Source: Spirochaetota bacterium
Lineage (GTDB): Bacteria > Spirochaetota > Brevinematia > DTOW01
DNA length: 64,000 nucleotides
NCBI GenBank assembly: GCA_025061835.1
Contig: JANXAC010000006.1
Location: 33,181 to 97,180 of the forward strand
Reading direction: 5' to 3'
A program made the position numbers and the translations under genes. The notes under the pieces were generated by a model. It did no database searches. It was not told the origin of the DNA and was given only the letters and a program-made list of their open reading frames with translations. Below are positions 9,252 to 20,084 of the stretch, in pieces (positions within the stretch are counted from its first letter, which is position 1; the number at the start of each line of letters is the position of its first letter).

Positions 9252-11744
9252 TCACTTTATTGTGTAGGTAGCGTAGTCGTCAAGTATTGTGAGTGAATTA
9301 TAGTTTGGATTAGGTAGAGGACCTGATGTTCCACCTGTTGTTGAGTTGTTAGCATTATTAAACGGTATAGCACAGTAAGCAGTCGCGGGGTAATTGTCTC
9401 CCGAAAAGAAAGCAAATATCTTTATCTGATCGTTCAAATTTAGACTTAAATAACTTAGAGGTAGAGATATCTCCACGAACTTGGTTGAAGAATTAGCAGA
9501 CAGTAATCCACCTACCGCTGAGTTTGTTATGTAGTAGTATGAACCATTAGCCCATACCACATATGCGTTAGTAAAGTGAAAATAACCGTTTGGGGGTGCA
9601 TACATGTGTATGAATAAATCGTAAAAAAGATTATTTGTCAGTACTACATTCTTCGCTAACCACGTAGTTAATACATTCGTATTTGTGAAAGATCTTGAGT
9701 TTAGATTAGTAGTTGGTGAGTCTATTGCTATATATAATGTATTTCCATAACCTCCTGCTACATTCACAGTTTCAAACGCTATGTAGATATTCGTTTGGTC
9801 GTTAGTGACATAAAGTCCCAGAAACCCTCCGAAGTCCCAACCTTTCGTTTCCGTTGTCGTGTTTGTCACAGAACCTGCTATTTTACAGTTGTTCCATATT
9901 GATTCCTTGTATCCATCCATCTGTATCCAACTAGATGAATTATTTGTGTCAGTATTACCTAATAAGAATACATAAGCGTTGTAAGTTGACGATATAGTGA
10001 GACCACTACCAGATAGGTTAACATTAATACTTTTCGGAGAGGATGAAAAGTTTGCTACTACAAGTATTGACTCATTCGTTCCTATCCTCATATATGCCAT
10101 AACTTGAGAGTCTGAAGTTGATAGTAGTTTGAAATCACCTCTTCTTAGAGATGGGAAGAATCTTCTTATATTGATGAGCTTCTTGTAATGGTTAAGCAGG
10201 GAATTTGGATCATTCAATTGATACGCAACATTGTATGGGTTAATATTATTTGCTAACTGTGTCCAAGGTGTTCCTGTTGTGAATCCTCCTTTTGATGTAG
10301 CATCCCAGTGCATAGGTGTTCTTTTGTCTATGTCTTCGCTATGTGTTCCTCTCCTTTTCATTCCTATTTCAGAACCATAATATACATATGGTGTTCCTGG
10401 GAATGTAAGAAGTAGAACAGCGGATAGGTACTGTTCATTCCAACCACCACCAAACTGGTCTGCCCATCGCCCGTGATTGAAGAATACATCATCGTGATTA
10501 TCCAAAAATGGAGCAAAGAATTTCCAAGGAACGGAAGAAGGTTTAGTATTTATCATATTAACAAGACTAGATGGTTCTTGATTTATTATTGACTGTCTTA
10601 CCGAATAAGCAAAATCAAAACTGAAGCAAGTGTCAAGTCTATTGTGATAACCAGATACAATTGAGTTATTCTCCCAAACTTCACCAACAGTATAGAAGTT
10701 ACTTTTAAGAGTTTTCATATAGTTATTGTATGCTTGTAGGAATTGCTTTGTTGGTAGTGTATCTCTTTGTCCTGGTCCAGGTCCTGTTTCAATTAGATAC
10801 CTTACCGCATCAAGCCTATATCCGTCAACTCCTTTTGCCAACCAGTTTGAGCCAATCTTCAGTAGTTCATTGGAAACAGCAGGATTGAGTATGTTAAGGT
10901 CTGGCATACCATCCCAGAACGCTCCGTAATATCTCATTCCTCTTGTTGGGTTCCAGTGCCAGACATTACTAGCAGAACCACCACCCCAAGCATACCCCCA
11001 TCCACTCAAAGATGACAACGAAACATTAGTCCAGACATACCAATTTGCCTTATCACCGTTATTGGCAGAGTTTATAAACCAAGGGTGAGAGGAACTTGTA
11101 TGATTTAGAACCATATCAAGTATTATTCTAACTCCTTTTTGATGTGCTTGTTGTAGGAGATTGTTGAATGATGTCAAGTTTCCATAGTCTGACTCTATTG
11201 AATAATAGTCAGTAGCATCATACCCATGGTATGATGGAGACTCAAATATAGGCAGGAACCATATAGCGTTAAAACCAATATTTGTTATATAATCCAATTT
11301 ACTTATTACACCGTTAAGGTCTCCATTCCCATCTCCATTAGAATCATAAAAACTTCTTACGAATATCTGATAAACTACAGCATCAAGATACCAAGAAGGA
11401 TCAGTATCAACAGAACCCGGTGAACCTAGATTGGATATGAGTATAACTTTAGCTTCATAAGGCGCTAAACTCACAGGGTAGCTTGAAAAGTTTGCAGTGG
11501 TCACAGTTGTATATTCAATAGTAGGCACAGATAAAACCACTGGTATGTTGTTTACATCATGATGCCCACTAGACCCCTGATTATTGTTGTTATTGTTTGT
11601 ATTGGTGATATTGTTTGTTTGTCCTGTTTGTTGTTGACTACTATTATTTTGCTGACTAACTTGAGCAGTATTACAAGAGACTACTGATAGTATTAGAATT
11701 AAGATAGTTGATAAAGTTAATACCATTAAGTTAAACGACCTCAT
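9252..11744 (-). CDS. secreted GH13 alpha-amylase family glycosidase with poly-Asn linker and C-terminal extra domains
   Basis: Signal peptide, then N/Q-rich low-complexity region (NNITNTNNNNNNQ). GH13 regions (VILDMVLNH, GVDGYRLDAVRYL, EVW, FLDNHD). About 350 aa C-terminal beta-rich extension. Confidence 0.8.
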   Translation of the reverse strand: MRSFNLMVLTLSTILILILSVVSCNTAQVSQQNNSSQQQTGQTNNITNTNNNNNNQGSSGHHDVNNIPVVLSVPTIEYTTVTTANFSSYPVSLAPYEAKVILISNLGSPGSVDTDPSWYLDAVVYQIFVRSFYDSNGDGNGDLNGVISKLDYITNIGFNAIWFLPIFESPSYHGYDATDYYSIESDYGNLTSFNNLLQQAHQKGVRIILDMVLNHTSSSHPWFINSANNGDKANWYVWTNVSLSSLSGWGYAWGGGSASNVWHWNPTRGMRYYGAFWDGMPDLNILNPAVSNELLKIGSNWLAKGVDGYRLDAVRYLIETGPGPGQRDTLPTKQFLQAYNNYMKTLKSNFYTVGEVWENNSIVSGYHNRLDTCFSFDFAYSVRQSIINQEPSSLVNMINTKPSSVPWKFFAPFLDNHDDVFFNHGRWADQFGGGWNEQYLSAVLLLTFPGTPYVYYGSEIGMKRRGTHSEDIDKRTPMHWDATSKGGFTTGTPWTQLANNINPYNVAYQLNDPNSLLNHYKKLINIRRFFPSLRRGDFKLLSTSDSQVMAYMRIGTNESILVVANFSSSPKSINVNLSGSGLTISSTYNAYVFLLGNTDTNNSSSWIQMDGYKESIWNNCKIAGSVTNTTTETKGWDFGGFLGLYVTNDQTNIYIAFETVNVAGGYGNTLYIAIDSPTTNLNSRSFTNTNVLTTWLAKNVVLTNNLFYDLFIHMYAPPNGYFHFTNAYVVWANGSYYYITNSAVGGLLSANSSTKFVEISLPLSYLSLNLNDQIKIFAFFSGDNYPATAYCAIPFNNANNSTTGGTSGPLPNPNYNSLTILDDYATYTIK

Positions 11745-11863
11745 ATGATACCTCCTAAATAATGTAATATATTACAATATAATTCTATAACGAAAATCAA
11801 GAATTCAACAAAAAATATTAATTAAGTTATCCAAGAAATCCAGAAAAATTATCAGCAGATAAC

Positions 11864-12760
11864 CTAAACATTTATCTTAAAACCGTATTTGACTAACGCA
11901 TCTTTGAGTTTTTGTGTGTTTTGTTCTGAAAGTTCTGTTAGAGGTAATCTTAGACTCCCGTCTTTTATGATGCCTACTAGTTCTAGAGCTTTCTTTATTG
12001 GTATAGGGTTAGTTTCTAGGAATAAGACTCTGTTTAGTATCTGAAGTTTTTTGTCAATCTCTTCGGCTTTCTTCACATCTCCCGATAGGTAAGAGTTTAT
12101 CATATCTGACATATCTTTTGGAACAATGTTTGCGGTGACCGATATAGCACCAACCCCTCCGATTTTCAGTATAGCAAGGTTTATACCATCATCTCCAGAT
12201 ATAAGGGCAAAATCAGGTTTGTCAACATACTCAAGTATATCCATACACTGCTTTATGTTTCCTGAAGCTTCCTTTATTCCTATAACATTCGGATTTCTTT
12301 TCACAATCTCTGCTAGAGTCTGTGGTTCAATGTTTATTACCGTTCTACTCGGGACATTATATGCAACTATTGGAAATCCTCCCGTCTCTTTTGAAACTGC
12401 GGTAAAGTGTTCTATTAACCCTCTTTGAGTAGGTTTGTTATAGTATGGTGCTATAACGAGTGCTGCGTCAGCACCTACTCTCTTTGCTTCGTTAGTGAAA
12501 TAGATTGTTTCATAGGTAGAGTTTGTTCCAGTTCCTGCTAGAACAGGAACTCGCTTGTTAACTTTTTTGACAACGAATTCAATTACTTTGATGTGCTCTT
12601 CATAATTTAGAGTAGGAGACTCCCCAGTAGTACCGCAAGGAACTATAACATCCGTCTTGTTGTTAAGGTGGAAATCAACCAAATACTCAAGTGTCTCCCA
12701 ATCAATATCTCCCCCCCTCTTAAAAGGAGTAACCAGAGCAACCATTGACCCTTTTAACAT
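11864..12760 (-). CDS. dapA: 4-hydroxy-tetrahydrodipicolinate synthase
   Basis: GSMVALVTPF...CGTTGESPTL...KRVPVLAGTG, typical DapA (NAL family). Start moved to MLKGSM. Confidence 0.9.
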   Translation of the reverse strand: MLKGSMVALVTPFKRGGDIDWETLEYLVDFHLNNKTDVIVPCGTTGESPTLNYEEHIKVIEFVVKKVNKRVPVLAGTGTNSTYETIYFTNEAKRVGADAALVIAPYYNKPTQRGLIEHFTAVSKETGGFPIVAYNVPSRTVINIEPQTLAEIVKRNPNVIGIKEASGNIKQCMDILEYVDKPDFALISGDDGINLAILKIGGVGAISVTANIVPKDMSDMINSYLSGDVKKAEEIDKKLQILNRVLFLETNPIPIKKALELVGIIKDGSLRLPLTELSEQNTQKLKDALVKYGFKINV

Positions 12761-12890
12761 AAAACGACCTCCAATACGAAAAGAATATAAAGTAGTCATT
12801 CGTATTAAATCAAGAAAAATCCGATGAATATCAATGAATTTTGAAAATCCGACAAAAAGTCATCATAATATTGTATGAAATGAAGATTTT

Positions 12891-13931
12891 ATGAAGATAC
12901 TGAATGTAAAGTTTTTTGTAATACTAACATTAATACTCCTAGGTGGTTGTTACAATATCTTTTCCCCCCTTTTTCAAGATCCGGCAAATCAAGATCTGAA
13001 TACTATAAGTGATATAAACTTCTTGAACGATATGGGAGACTACTACTCCGACCTTGGTGATTACATAACTGCTAAAAAGTTCTACCAAAGAGCATTAGCG
13101 ATAAATCCCAACAGTTCAAGAGCACTAATAGGTGTAGCAAACTGTGAGATCTTCTTAGTAATATCTAGAACGAATATTCTAGGCTTCTATAATGAAATAG
13201 CATCTAGCGACTTTCCAGAATCAAACTACTCTGATTTCATTGATAAGTTTGTAACGAATAGTAAATATTACTCTGCTATTAGGGTTGTAAGTGCTAACCT
13301 AGGTAAAATCATATCAGGTAATTCTGATAACCCGAATTTAACAAATGATATAAACCTTCATTTTAATTTCAGTGTTTTCAACAAGTTAAATGGTTTCTTG
13401 CTTGCCCTTGACTCAGACAACAGCGGAGAGATAACATCTAACGATACAATTTATAACTTCCTCAAGAGAATGACAATCTCTTTTGATGATCCAATGATAA
13501 TCAACGATTATATCTTCTTTGGAGATGCTATAGATAGTGCTATGAAGACATTTTTCCGCGAAGGTAACAAAAGCATAAAATCTCTAGTCTTCATAACCAA
13601 CACTTTGAAATCAGGTGAGAATGCCATAGAGACACAACTTTTAAATACCTTTATATCAATAGATATTCAAATAACGAATGTCTATACTAACTTTCTGAGA
13701 TATCACAACTTTCACAAGCAAATGTTTAATAGAATAGTGTTTCTTCTAACTAATAACGGGATCCCTCTAGTGTATGCTACTAACATAGAAAGACTTACTA
13801 ATGCTCTCTCCATAAGCAACTATGCCGTATTTGATAATGAAACTATAACCAATATACTCACAACAAATAATAGTGATGCTTGGAGTATTTTAACAAACTA
13901 TCTGAATCTAAACGCTCTCACTAATCCTTAG
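12891..13931 (+). CDS. hypothetical lipoprotein (one TPR-like repeat)
   Basis: Lipoprotein signal with lipobox LLGGC. 346 aa, N/S/I-rich, one TPR-like segment (YYSDLGDYITAKKFYQRALAINPN). Confidence 0.5.
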   Translation: MKILNVKFFVILTLILLGGCYNIFSPLFQDPANQDLNTISDINFLNDMGDYYSDLGDYITAKKFYQRALAINPNSSRALIGVANCEIFLVISRTNILGFYNEIASSDFPESNYSDFIDKFVTNSKYYSAIRVVSANLGKIISGNSDNPNLTNDINLHFNFSVFNKLNGFLLALDSDNSGEITSNDTIYNFLKRMTISFDDPMIINDYIFFGDAIDSAMKTFFREGNKSIKSLVFITNTLKSGENAIETQLLNTFISIDIQITNVYTNFLRYHNFHKQMFNRIVFLLTNNGIPLVYATNIERLTNALSISNYAVFDNETITNILTTNNSDAWSILTNYLNLNALTNP

Positions 13932-13939
13932 GAGGCATT

Positions 13940-15145
13940 ATGAAAAATGGATTACTAGGTTTAGCAACGGTAATATTTTTCGCAATAGTATGTCAACACG
14001 CATTTTCTCAAGATGTAAGGTATGATATTGACTCTCCTCTTCCAACTACAAGGCAACTAGCATATGGTAATGCCAGGCTACTTTATCCTTTTGATGCACT
14101 TTCATTTCTGGAAAATCCTTCTATTCTTTCCTACACCAAGAAGAATAATTTTTTTCTAACCAAAATTTCGTTTTATAGTGGAGCAAGAGGTGGATATCTC
14201 TATGAAGCTCTCAATCTATCTTCATATAACCTAAACCCTACTCAATGGTCTGGATTTGATTGGACATCACTTTACAACTATTTTTTGAAAGACCCTTATG
14301 GTATCCTTCTTAATGCTGACCCTCAAGCAGGGATATTCGGTCCCCTAACCATAGGATACGTAGGTAATGGTATAGGAATAGTGTTGTATAATGATTTTTA
14401 CTCAAGTTTAGATCTAAAACAATCCCCAGGACTACCATACCTTGAAGTAAAGTCCTTCGCTGAAATAGGTGCTTCATTTGGGTTCAGCACATTTTTTGAG
14501 ATAGAAAAATTTTACACACTCCACACAGGTATATCTCTATCTTACTCCAAACGATACAAATCACCGTTCTTCTATGGTGCAAGTGTGCTAGAGGTTATGA
14601 ATTACTACCAATCCATCTTGAATAAAACATACGAATACGATTCTGGTGACTCCATTTGGGGTGATATAGGCATAATTCTTGATGATGGTCAATATCTAAA
14701 GTATGCTCTTACTCTCAACAATTTCTTTGGTAGAACTTTCTTCTGGAATAGAATAGCGTTTGATAATGGAAACGAAACCGCAAAAGGCTTGAAATACATA
14801 AGCTACATACCACCATCATTATCCTTTGGATTCATGTTCCATCTTGAGAAAATACCTTATATACCTACATTCCTGTTTGATAACTTCATGATTGAGATAA
14901 ATGTAAATGATATATTCAACTTTGGAGAGTTTTGGTTTAAGAAGTTCAATCTGGGGTCGGAGATATCTGTTCTAAAGATATTCAGAATACGAGGAGGGCT
15001 CAACCAAGGTTATTTAACTTTCGGATTAGGGATTGATATAAACTATCTGGTTATAGATTTGTCGTTCAATCAATACGAGAAAGGAGTATTACCAGGACAA
15101 CAACCTATTCAAGTTTTGTCAGCATCTGTGGAAATAAAAATCTAG
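13940..15145 (+). CDS. hypothetical secreted beta-rich protein (possible outer-membrane protein)
   Basis: Signal peptide (AFS/QD). 401 aa rich in G/Y/F/N with alternating patterns, C-terminal ...SVEIKI. 9-bp gap after the lipoprotein gene. Confidence 0.45.
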   Translation: MKNGLLGLATVIFFAIVCQHAFSQDVRYDIDSPLPTTRQLAYGNARLLYPFDALSFLENPSILSYTKKNNFFLTKISFYSGARGGYLYEALNLSSYNLNPTQWSGFDWTSLYNYFLKDPYGILLNADPQAGIFGPLTIGYVGNGIGIVLYNDFYSSLDLKQSPGLPYLEVKSFAEIGASFGFSTFFEIEKFYTLHTGISLSYSKRYKSPFFYGASVLEVMNYYQSILNKTYEYDSGDSIWGDIGIILDDGQYLKYALTLNNFFGRTFFWNRIAFDNGNETAKGLKYISYIPPSLSFGFMFHLEKIPYIPTFLFDNFMIEINVNDIFNFGEFWFKKFNLGSEISVLKIFRIRGGLNQGYLTFGLGIDINYLVIDLSFNQYEKGVLPGQQPIQVLSASVEIKI

Positions 15146-15654
15146 TGTTTCTTACATACATAATCAGCAACACAATAAGCAGCAAATGACTGAGGCTTAA
15201 ATACAGGCTTAAACCCTTGTGCTGACACATAACCAAAAGCTTCCTTTATCAATGAACTTGATATATGTGATGATGAAGTGTTTATATCAAGATGGACTTC
15301 TATAACCCTATCAGGAATGAGAGAATATATCATAATAGCAACCTCAACTGCTTTATAGACTTCCATCATTATCCTCTGTCTCAGAGAACTTATTCTAGGT
15401 GTTTTATCAACCTTCACAAAAACATTAGCACCTCTTGACCTGTCGTGATGAATAACAACTACAGTAGCAAATACACAGTGATCTTTTCTCTGAGAGGAGT
15501 CACAACCAATATATATACCCGTATGCAACGAGGTTTGACTTATCATATCAACTATTTCTTCTATATCCAAGTTACGAAACATCTGGAATGTATTATCAAA
15601 AAACACCAGACCTGTTTCAACAAAAAATACCAAACTCTTGACAAACTTCAGCAT
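15142..15654 (-). CDS. DUF458/YkuK-like RNase-H-fold protein
   Basis: 170 aa. Motifs IYIGCDSSQ, ISSLRQRI and KPQSFAAYCVADY resemble the YkuK (DUF458) family as recalled from memory. Confidence 0.5.
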   Translation of the reverse strand: MLKFVKSLVFFVETGLVFFDNTFQMFRNLDIEEIVDMISQTSLHTGIYIGCDSSQRKDHCVFATVVVIHHDRSRGANVFVKVDKTPRISSLRQRIMMEVYKAVEVAIMIYSLIPDRVIEVHLDINTSSSHISSSLIKEAFGYVSAQGFKPVFKPQSFAAYCVADYVCKKH

Positions 15655-15715
15655 TTATAAATTGCAAAAGGTTTGTAAAGACTTCTAAAATTTTTGACAT
15701 TCTTCTGGAGGTTCT

Positions 15716-16180
15716 ATGAAAGTTATATTACTAAAGGATGTGAAAGGGCTTGGGAAACTAGGCGAGATAAAGGAAGTTTCAGATGGATACGCTAGGAACT
15801 ACCTAATGAGGAATAAATTCGCTCTTGAAGCCACTGATAGTAATATTAGGTTTGTCAAGTCTCAGATAAAAGCGCTAGAAAAGAAGAATGAGAGAAAGTT
15901 AGAAGATGCAAAAGAGATCAAGGAAGCAGTTGAGAGTATAAGAGTGATAATCAAAGCAAAGGCTGGCGAAAGTGGAAGACTGTTTGGGTCTATCACTTCG
16001 GATAATATTGCAACAGCCTTGAAGGAACAACACAACATTGAACTAGATAAAAAGAACATAGAGATAGAAGAACCTATAAAACTTGTTGGAGATTATGTTG
16101 TGAATGTAAAACTTGGAATGAATATAACGGCAAAGTTAAGAATATCTGTGGAGGGAACTGATGAACAGAAAGATACCTAG
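15716..16180 (+). CDS. rplI: 50S ribosomal protein L9
   Basis: [31 protein letters not shown]-domain. 154 aa. Confidence 0.9.
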   Translation: MKVILLKDVKGLGKLGEIKEVSDGYARNYLMRNKFALEATDSNIRFVKSQIKALEKKNERKLEDAKEIKEAVESIRVIIKAKAGESGRLFGSITSDNIATALKEQHNIELDKKNIEIEEPIKLVGDYVVNVKLGMNITAKLRISVEGTDEQKDT

Positions 16181-17654
16181 AACGATGTCAACTCAACACC
16201 CCGACAACGCCAATGTTCCATTCTTTTCAAACAGTCCTATTCTTCAAGGAGAGGATGAGATCAAAGAAGCATACTACGCATTTTCATACCTAGGTGTGCA
16301 TGAGGTGATGTGGGATGTTGAAGGGAAAGAAACGGACGAGTTTGTAATTAGAAAGTTGGTTTCGGACTATTCTGATTTCTTTAAGACCAACATAATAGGT
16401 AGAGATGTGTTCATAACGCTGAGAGTTCCTAATCCAGATTACGAAAAAGGAGAAGGAAAACTTCTCATAGAGACACTTGAAAGCATTCCAAGATCCTACG
16501 ATACATCTCAGGTATTCTACAAAGATCCTAGCATCGTTCCTATATTTGAAGTAATTGTCCCAATGGCTGATATAGAAACTATAAACAAGGTTTATTACTA
16601 TTACAAAAATATCGTTGTTGGAAAGGAAGATAAAATCTTTTCTGATACTAACCCCGATCTCAAGCTAAAGGACTGGATAGGAGAATTCAATCCTAAAAGG
16701 ATAAATGTTATACCACTATTTGAGGATATCAACCAGATTATCTCCTGCGATCAAGCAGTAAAGAAATTTCTAGAAAACAAACTGGATGAGATAGAATACC
16801 AGAGAGTTTTTATAGCAAGGTCAGATCCTGCAATGAATGATTCTTCCTTGAGTGTTGTAATAGCAATAAAACTAGCACTAGAAAAACTCTATGAACTACA
16901 GAAAAATATTGGAGTAGAAATTTATCCAATACTTGGTTGCGGAGCAGCACCATTCAGAGGCAACTTTTCACCAAGAACATACAGATTTGTTTTAGACAAC
17001 TATCCAAGCGTTGCTACCTTCACCATACAATCGGCGTTCAAATACGACTATCCTATAAGGGATGTTCAAAGAGCAGTAGAAAATATCAATCTAACCCCTA
17101 TTAAAACACCTGACTACCTGAGTAGTAAAGACAGACTTATAAGTATAATGAAAAAAAGTTCCGAAACATATCGTAGGCAATTACTGGAAATAGCCCCGAT
17201 AGTTAACAATCTTGCTGTTTTCGTTCCTAGAAGAAGAGCAAGAAAGATGCATGTAGGATTGTTTGGATACTCAAGACAGATAGATGAAGGTGTAACTCTA
17301 CCTAGAGTAATATCCTTCTGCGCTGTCTTATACTCTCTAGGACTTCCACCAGATATTCTCGGACTGAGTTCTCTAACAGAGGAGGATATGAAGTATGTTG
17401 AGATAGTCTTCCCTAGATTCAAAGAAAAGATATCTGAAACTCTTTCAATGTGGAACGAGGATGTATTGGACCTTCTTCCAGCTTCTATCAGAACTGAAAT
17501 TAAGGATACCGTTAAAAGGTTCAATTTCACTCCTAACAAGGATCACCTTGAATTCTCAAAGGATCTAGTTAAAAGAATAAAAGATAATAAACTGGATACT
17601 AAGATTACCGACTTGATAGTAAGTGCTGCTAAAATCAGAAACTTCTTAGGCTAG
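16161..17654 (+). CDS. ppcA: archaeal-type phosphoenolpyruvate carboxylase
   Basis: N-terminus [16 protein letters not shown] is the hallmark start of about 500-aa archaeal-type PEPC. 497 aa. Overlaps the rplI stop by 20 nt. Confidence 0.8.
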   Translation: MNRKIPRTMSTQHPDNANVPFFSNSPILQGEDEIKEAYYAFSYLGVHEVMWDVEGKETDEFVIRKLVSDYSDFFKTNIIGRDVFITLRVPNPDYEKGEGKLLIETLESIPRSYDTSQVFYKDPSIVPIFEVIVPMADIETINKVYYYYKNIVVGKEDKIFSDTNPDLKLKDWIGEFNPKRINVIPLFEDINQIISCDQAVKKFLENKLDEIEYQRVFIARSDPAMNDSSLSVVIAIKLALEKLYELQKNIGVEIYPILGCGAAPFRGNFSPRTYRFVLDNYPSVATFTIQSAFKYDYPIRDVQRAVENINLTPIKTPDYLSSKDRLISIMKKSSETYRRQLLEIAPIVNNLAVFVPRRRARKMHVGLFGYSRQIDEGVTLPRVISFCAVLYSLGLPPDILGLSSLTEEDMKYVEIVFPRFKEKISETLSMWNEDVLDLLPASIRTEIKDTVKRFNFTPNKDHLEFSKDLVKRIKDNKLDTKITDLIVSAAKIRNFLG

Positions 17655-17687
17655 AAGACTGTTGTAAAATTTGTTTTCAAGCGTTTT

Positions 17688-18527
17688 ATGAAACTCACAA
17701 TAAGAGGCAGGGAATTCGATTTCAAGCATCACAAATATTGTATGGGGATTGTGAATATAACACCTGACTCGTTCTATCAAGGTAGTAGAGTAGATTTGAA
17801 TAACTTGCTTGAGGTTGTGAGCAGAATGGTAGATGACGGAGTTGATATTCTGGATATAGGTGGTGAATCTACACGACCGGGTTCTGAACCTGTATCAGTT
17901 GAAGAAGAAATGGATAGAGTCATACCTGCAATAATTGAAGTGAGAAGAAATTTCCAAAATCTACCTATTTCCATTGATACATACAAATCAAAGGTTGCAG
18001 AAGTTGCCTTACATAACGGCGCAGATATTGTAAATGACATATCTTCTGGAACTTTTGATGATAATATGATTGAGGTTGTATCAAAGTATAACTGTCCTGT
18101 AATACTTATGCACATAAAGGGAACACCAAAAAACATGCAGGAAAACCCCGAATACAAGGATACTGTGAGAGAAATAAAAGATTTTCTAAACCATCGCATA
18201 GATGCTTACGAAAGTAAAGGCATAAGACCAGAAAATATAATAATTGACCCCGGAATAGGCTTTGGCAAAAAACTGGAACACAACCTAACAATAATAAGAA
18301 GACTAGCAGAGTTTAAACAACTTAAGAAACCTATACTCGTCGGATTATCAAGAAAGTCTATGATAGGTATGATACTCGGTGGAATACCACCAGAAGAGAG
18401 ACTAACTGGAACTATAGCATTCAACACAATAGCACTCCTTAACGGAGCTTCTATTATCCGAGTGCACGATGTTAAAGAAGGAAAGCAAGTATGTAGAATA
18501 GTAGAAGAATACATAGGTAGAGTATAA
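17688..18527 (+). CDS. folP: dihydropteroate synthase
   Basis: DILDIGGESTRPG and downstream pterin-binding motifs. 279 aa. Confidence 0.9.
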   Translation: MKLTIRGREFDFKHHKYCMGIVNITPDSFYQGSRVDLNNLLEVVSRMVDDGVDILDIGGESTRPGSEPVSVEEEMDRVIPAIIEVRRNFQNLPISIDTYKSKVAEVALHNGADIVNDISSGTFDDNMIEVVSKYNCPVILMHIKGTPKNMQENPEYKDTVREIKDFLNHRIDAYESKGIRPENIIIDPGIGFGKKLEHNLTIIRRLAEFKQLKKPILVGLSRKSMIGMILGGIPPEERLTGTIAFNTIALLNGASIIRVHDVKEGKQVCRIVEEYIGRV

Positions 18528-18627
18528 AAACCTAACACTATAGGTTTGGATTAAACTACTTAAAATAATAGGTTTTTATGTTTTTCCTAAAAGATGTTGA
18601 ATTGATGAAACAAATTTTAGTCCCAAA

Positions 18628-20073
18628 CTAGGATTTTAACTCTTTATACTCTCTAACAATCTCGGAAAGACCAGGTTTTGCGTCAGCGAATAACATAAGT
18701 GTGTTGTCGTTTATGAATAGAGGGTTTGGTATTCCAGCAAAACCAGGAGCTAAACTTCGTTTTATCACTATTACAGTTTTTGCTTTATCAACATCAAGTA
18801 TTGGCATACCATATATAGGAGTATCCTTTGCATCTCTTGCCATAGGATTGACAACATCATTAGCACCAACAACTATCGCAACATCAGTATCAGGTAGTAA
18901 CTCATTTGACTCCTCCATAGTCTTTAGTTTGTCGTATGGTATATCAACTTCAGCGAGAAGAACATTCATATGTCCGGGCATTCTACCTGCAACTGGGTGG
19001 ATAGCAAAATAAACTTCTTTACCATCCTTTGTAAGTTCGTTATACAAATCTCTCACAACTCCTTGCGCTTGGGCAACCGCAAGTCCGTATCCTGGAACAA
19101 CAGCAACACTACTAGCATTATCAAGTATCATAGCAACTTCCTCTGGAGTAGTTGATTTAATTCTACCTTGGTAGAACGACTTATCATCCTTTACACTTGC
19201 CATTTCTGGTGGTGTTATGTTCCCAAGAAGTATTCCGTAGAAGTCTCTGTTCATTGACTTCGCCATAATCCTTGTGAGTATTAGTCCTGAAGCACCAACC
19301 AAAGCACCAACCATTATAAGTCCATGATTCAGGAATACAAAACCAAGCGTTCCAGCAGACAGTCCAGCATAAGATATGAAAAGAGATATAACAACTGGCA
19401 TGTCCGCACCACCTACTGCAAGTGTTAGAGAAAGACCAAGAAGTGATGAAAGGATCAGTATTCCAAACATATAACTCAAATTGCTAGGGTCAAGCGTTAG
19501 AAGAACTCCGAAAACTATTATGCCAATTAGAAGCAAAAGATTTATAAAATTCTTTCCAGGTAATACGATCGGTCTTTCTGTTATGAGTTTCTGGAGTTTT
19601 GCAAATGCAACCATACTACCCCAGAATGTTATTGTTCCAACGAACATATCTAAAGCAACCGCACCGTGAAAATACATTGACTTCGTAGTTGCATCAAAAG
19701 GTAATTTCTCAACATTCGGTGGTAGTTTTCCTTTCAGAAACTCAACAATCGCAACCAAAGCGGATACTCCCCCACCAAAGCCATTCAGTATCGCAACGAA
19801 CTGCGGTATCGCTCGCATATCAACAAGGTAAGCAGATAAAACACCTGCTACAGACGCTAAAATACCTGCAATTATTATAAGTTCGTAGGATATAATACCT
19901 TTGTATAGAAGAGTAGCAACAACCGCAACAGTCATTCCAAAAGCACTCAACCAATTACCTTTCCTTGCAGTCCTAGCAGATGTTAGAAGTTTCAGACCGA
20001 ATATAAAAAATAAAACTGTGAAAAGATAAAAAACAGTTTGGTATTCAGTTGCTATATTTCTCAAAAAATCCAT
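18628..20073 (-). CDS. pntB: NAD(P) transhydrogenase subunit beta
   Basis: Multi-TM N-terminal half, C-terminal dIII domain with AGRMPGHMNVLLAEV. Confidence 0.9.
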   Translation of the reverse strand: MDFLRNIATEYQTVFYLFTVLFFIFGLKLLTSARTARKGNWLSAFGMTVAVVATLLYKGIISYELIIIAGILASVAGVLSAYLVDMRAIPQFVAILNGFGGGVSALVAIVEFLKGKLPPNVEKLPFDATTKSMYFHGAVALDMFVGTITFWGSMVAFAKLQKLITERPIVLPGKNFINLLLLIGIIVFGVLLTLDPSNLSYMFGILILSSLLGLSLTLAVGGADMPVVISLFISYAGLSAGTLGFVFLNHGLIMVGALVGASGLILTRIMAKSMNRDFYGILLGNITPPEMASVKDDKSFYQGRIKSTTPEEVAMILDNASSVAVVPGYGLAVAQAQGVVRDLYNELTKDGKEVYFAIHPVAGRMPGHMNVLLAEVDIPYDKLKTMEESNELLPDTDVAIVVGANDVVNPMARDAKDTPIYGMPILDVDKAKTVIVIKRSLAPGFAGIPNPLFINDNTLMLFADAKPGLSEIVREYKELKS

Positions 20074-20084
20074 AACTTACCTCC

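Noticed and set aside
12126-12428. Antisense ORFs inside known genes (12126-12428 in dapA; also 5222-5428 in PBP1A, 18701-19012 in pntB, 50651-51178 in cydA)
   Set aside because: Fully embedded in the opposite strand of strongly supported genes, with low-complexity translations. Typical AT-rich antisense artefacts.
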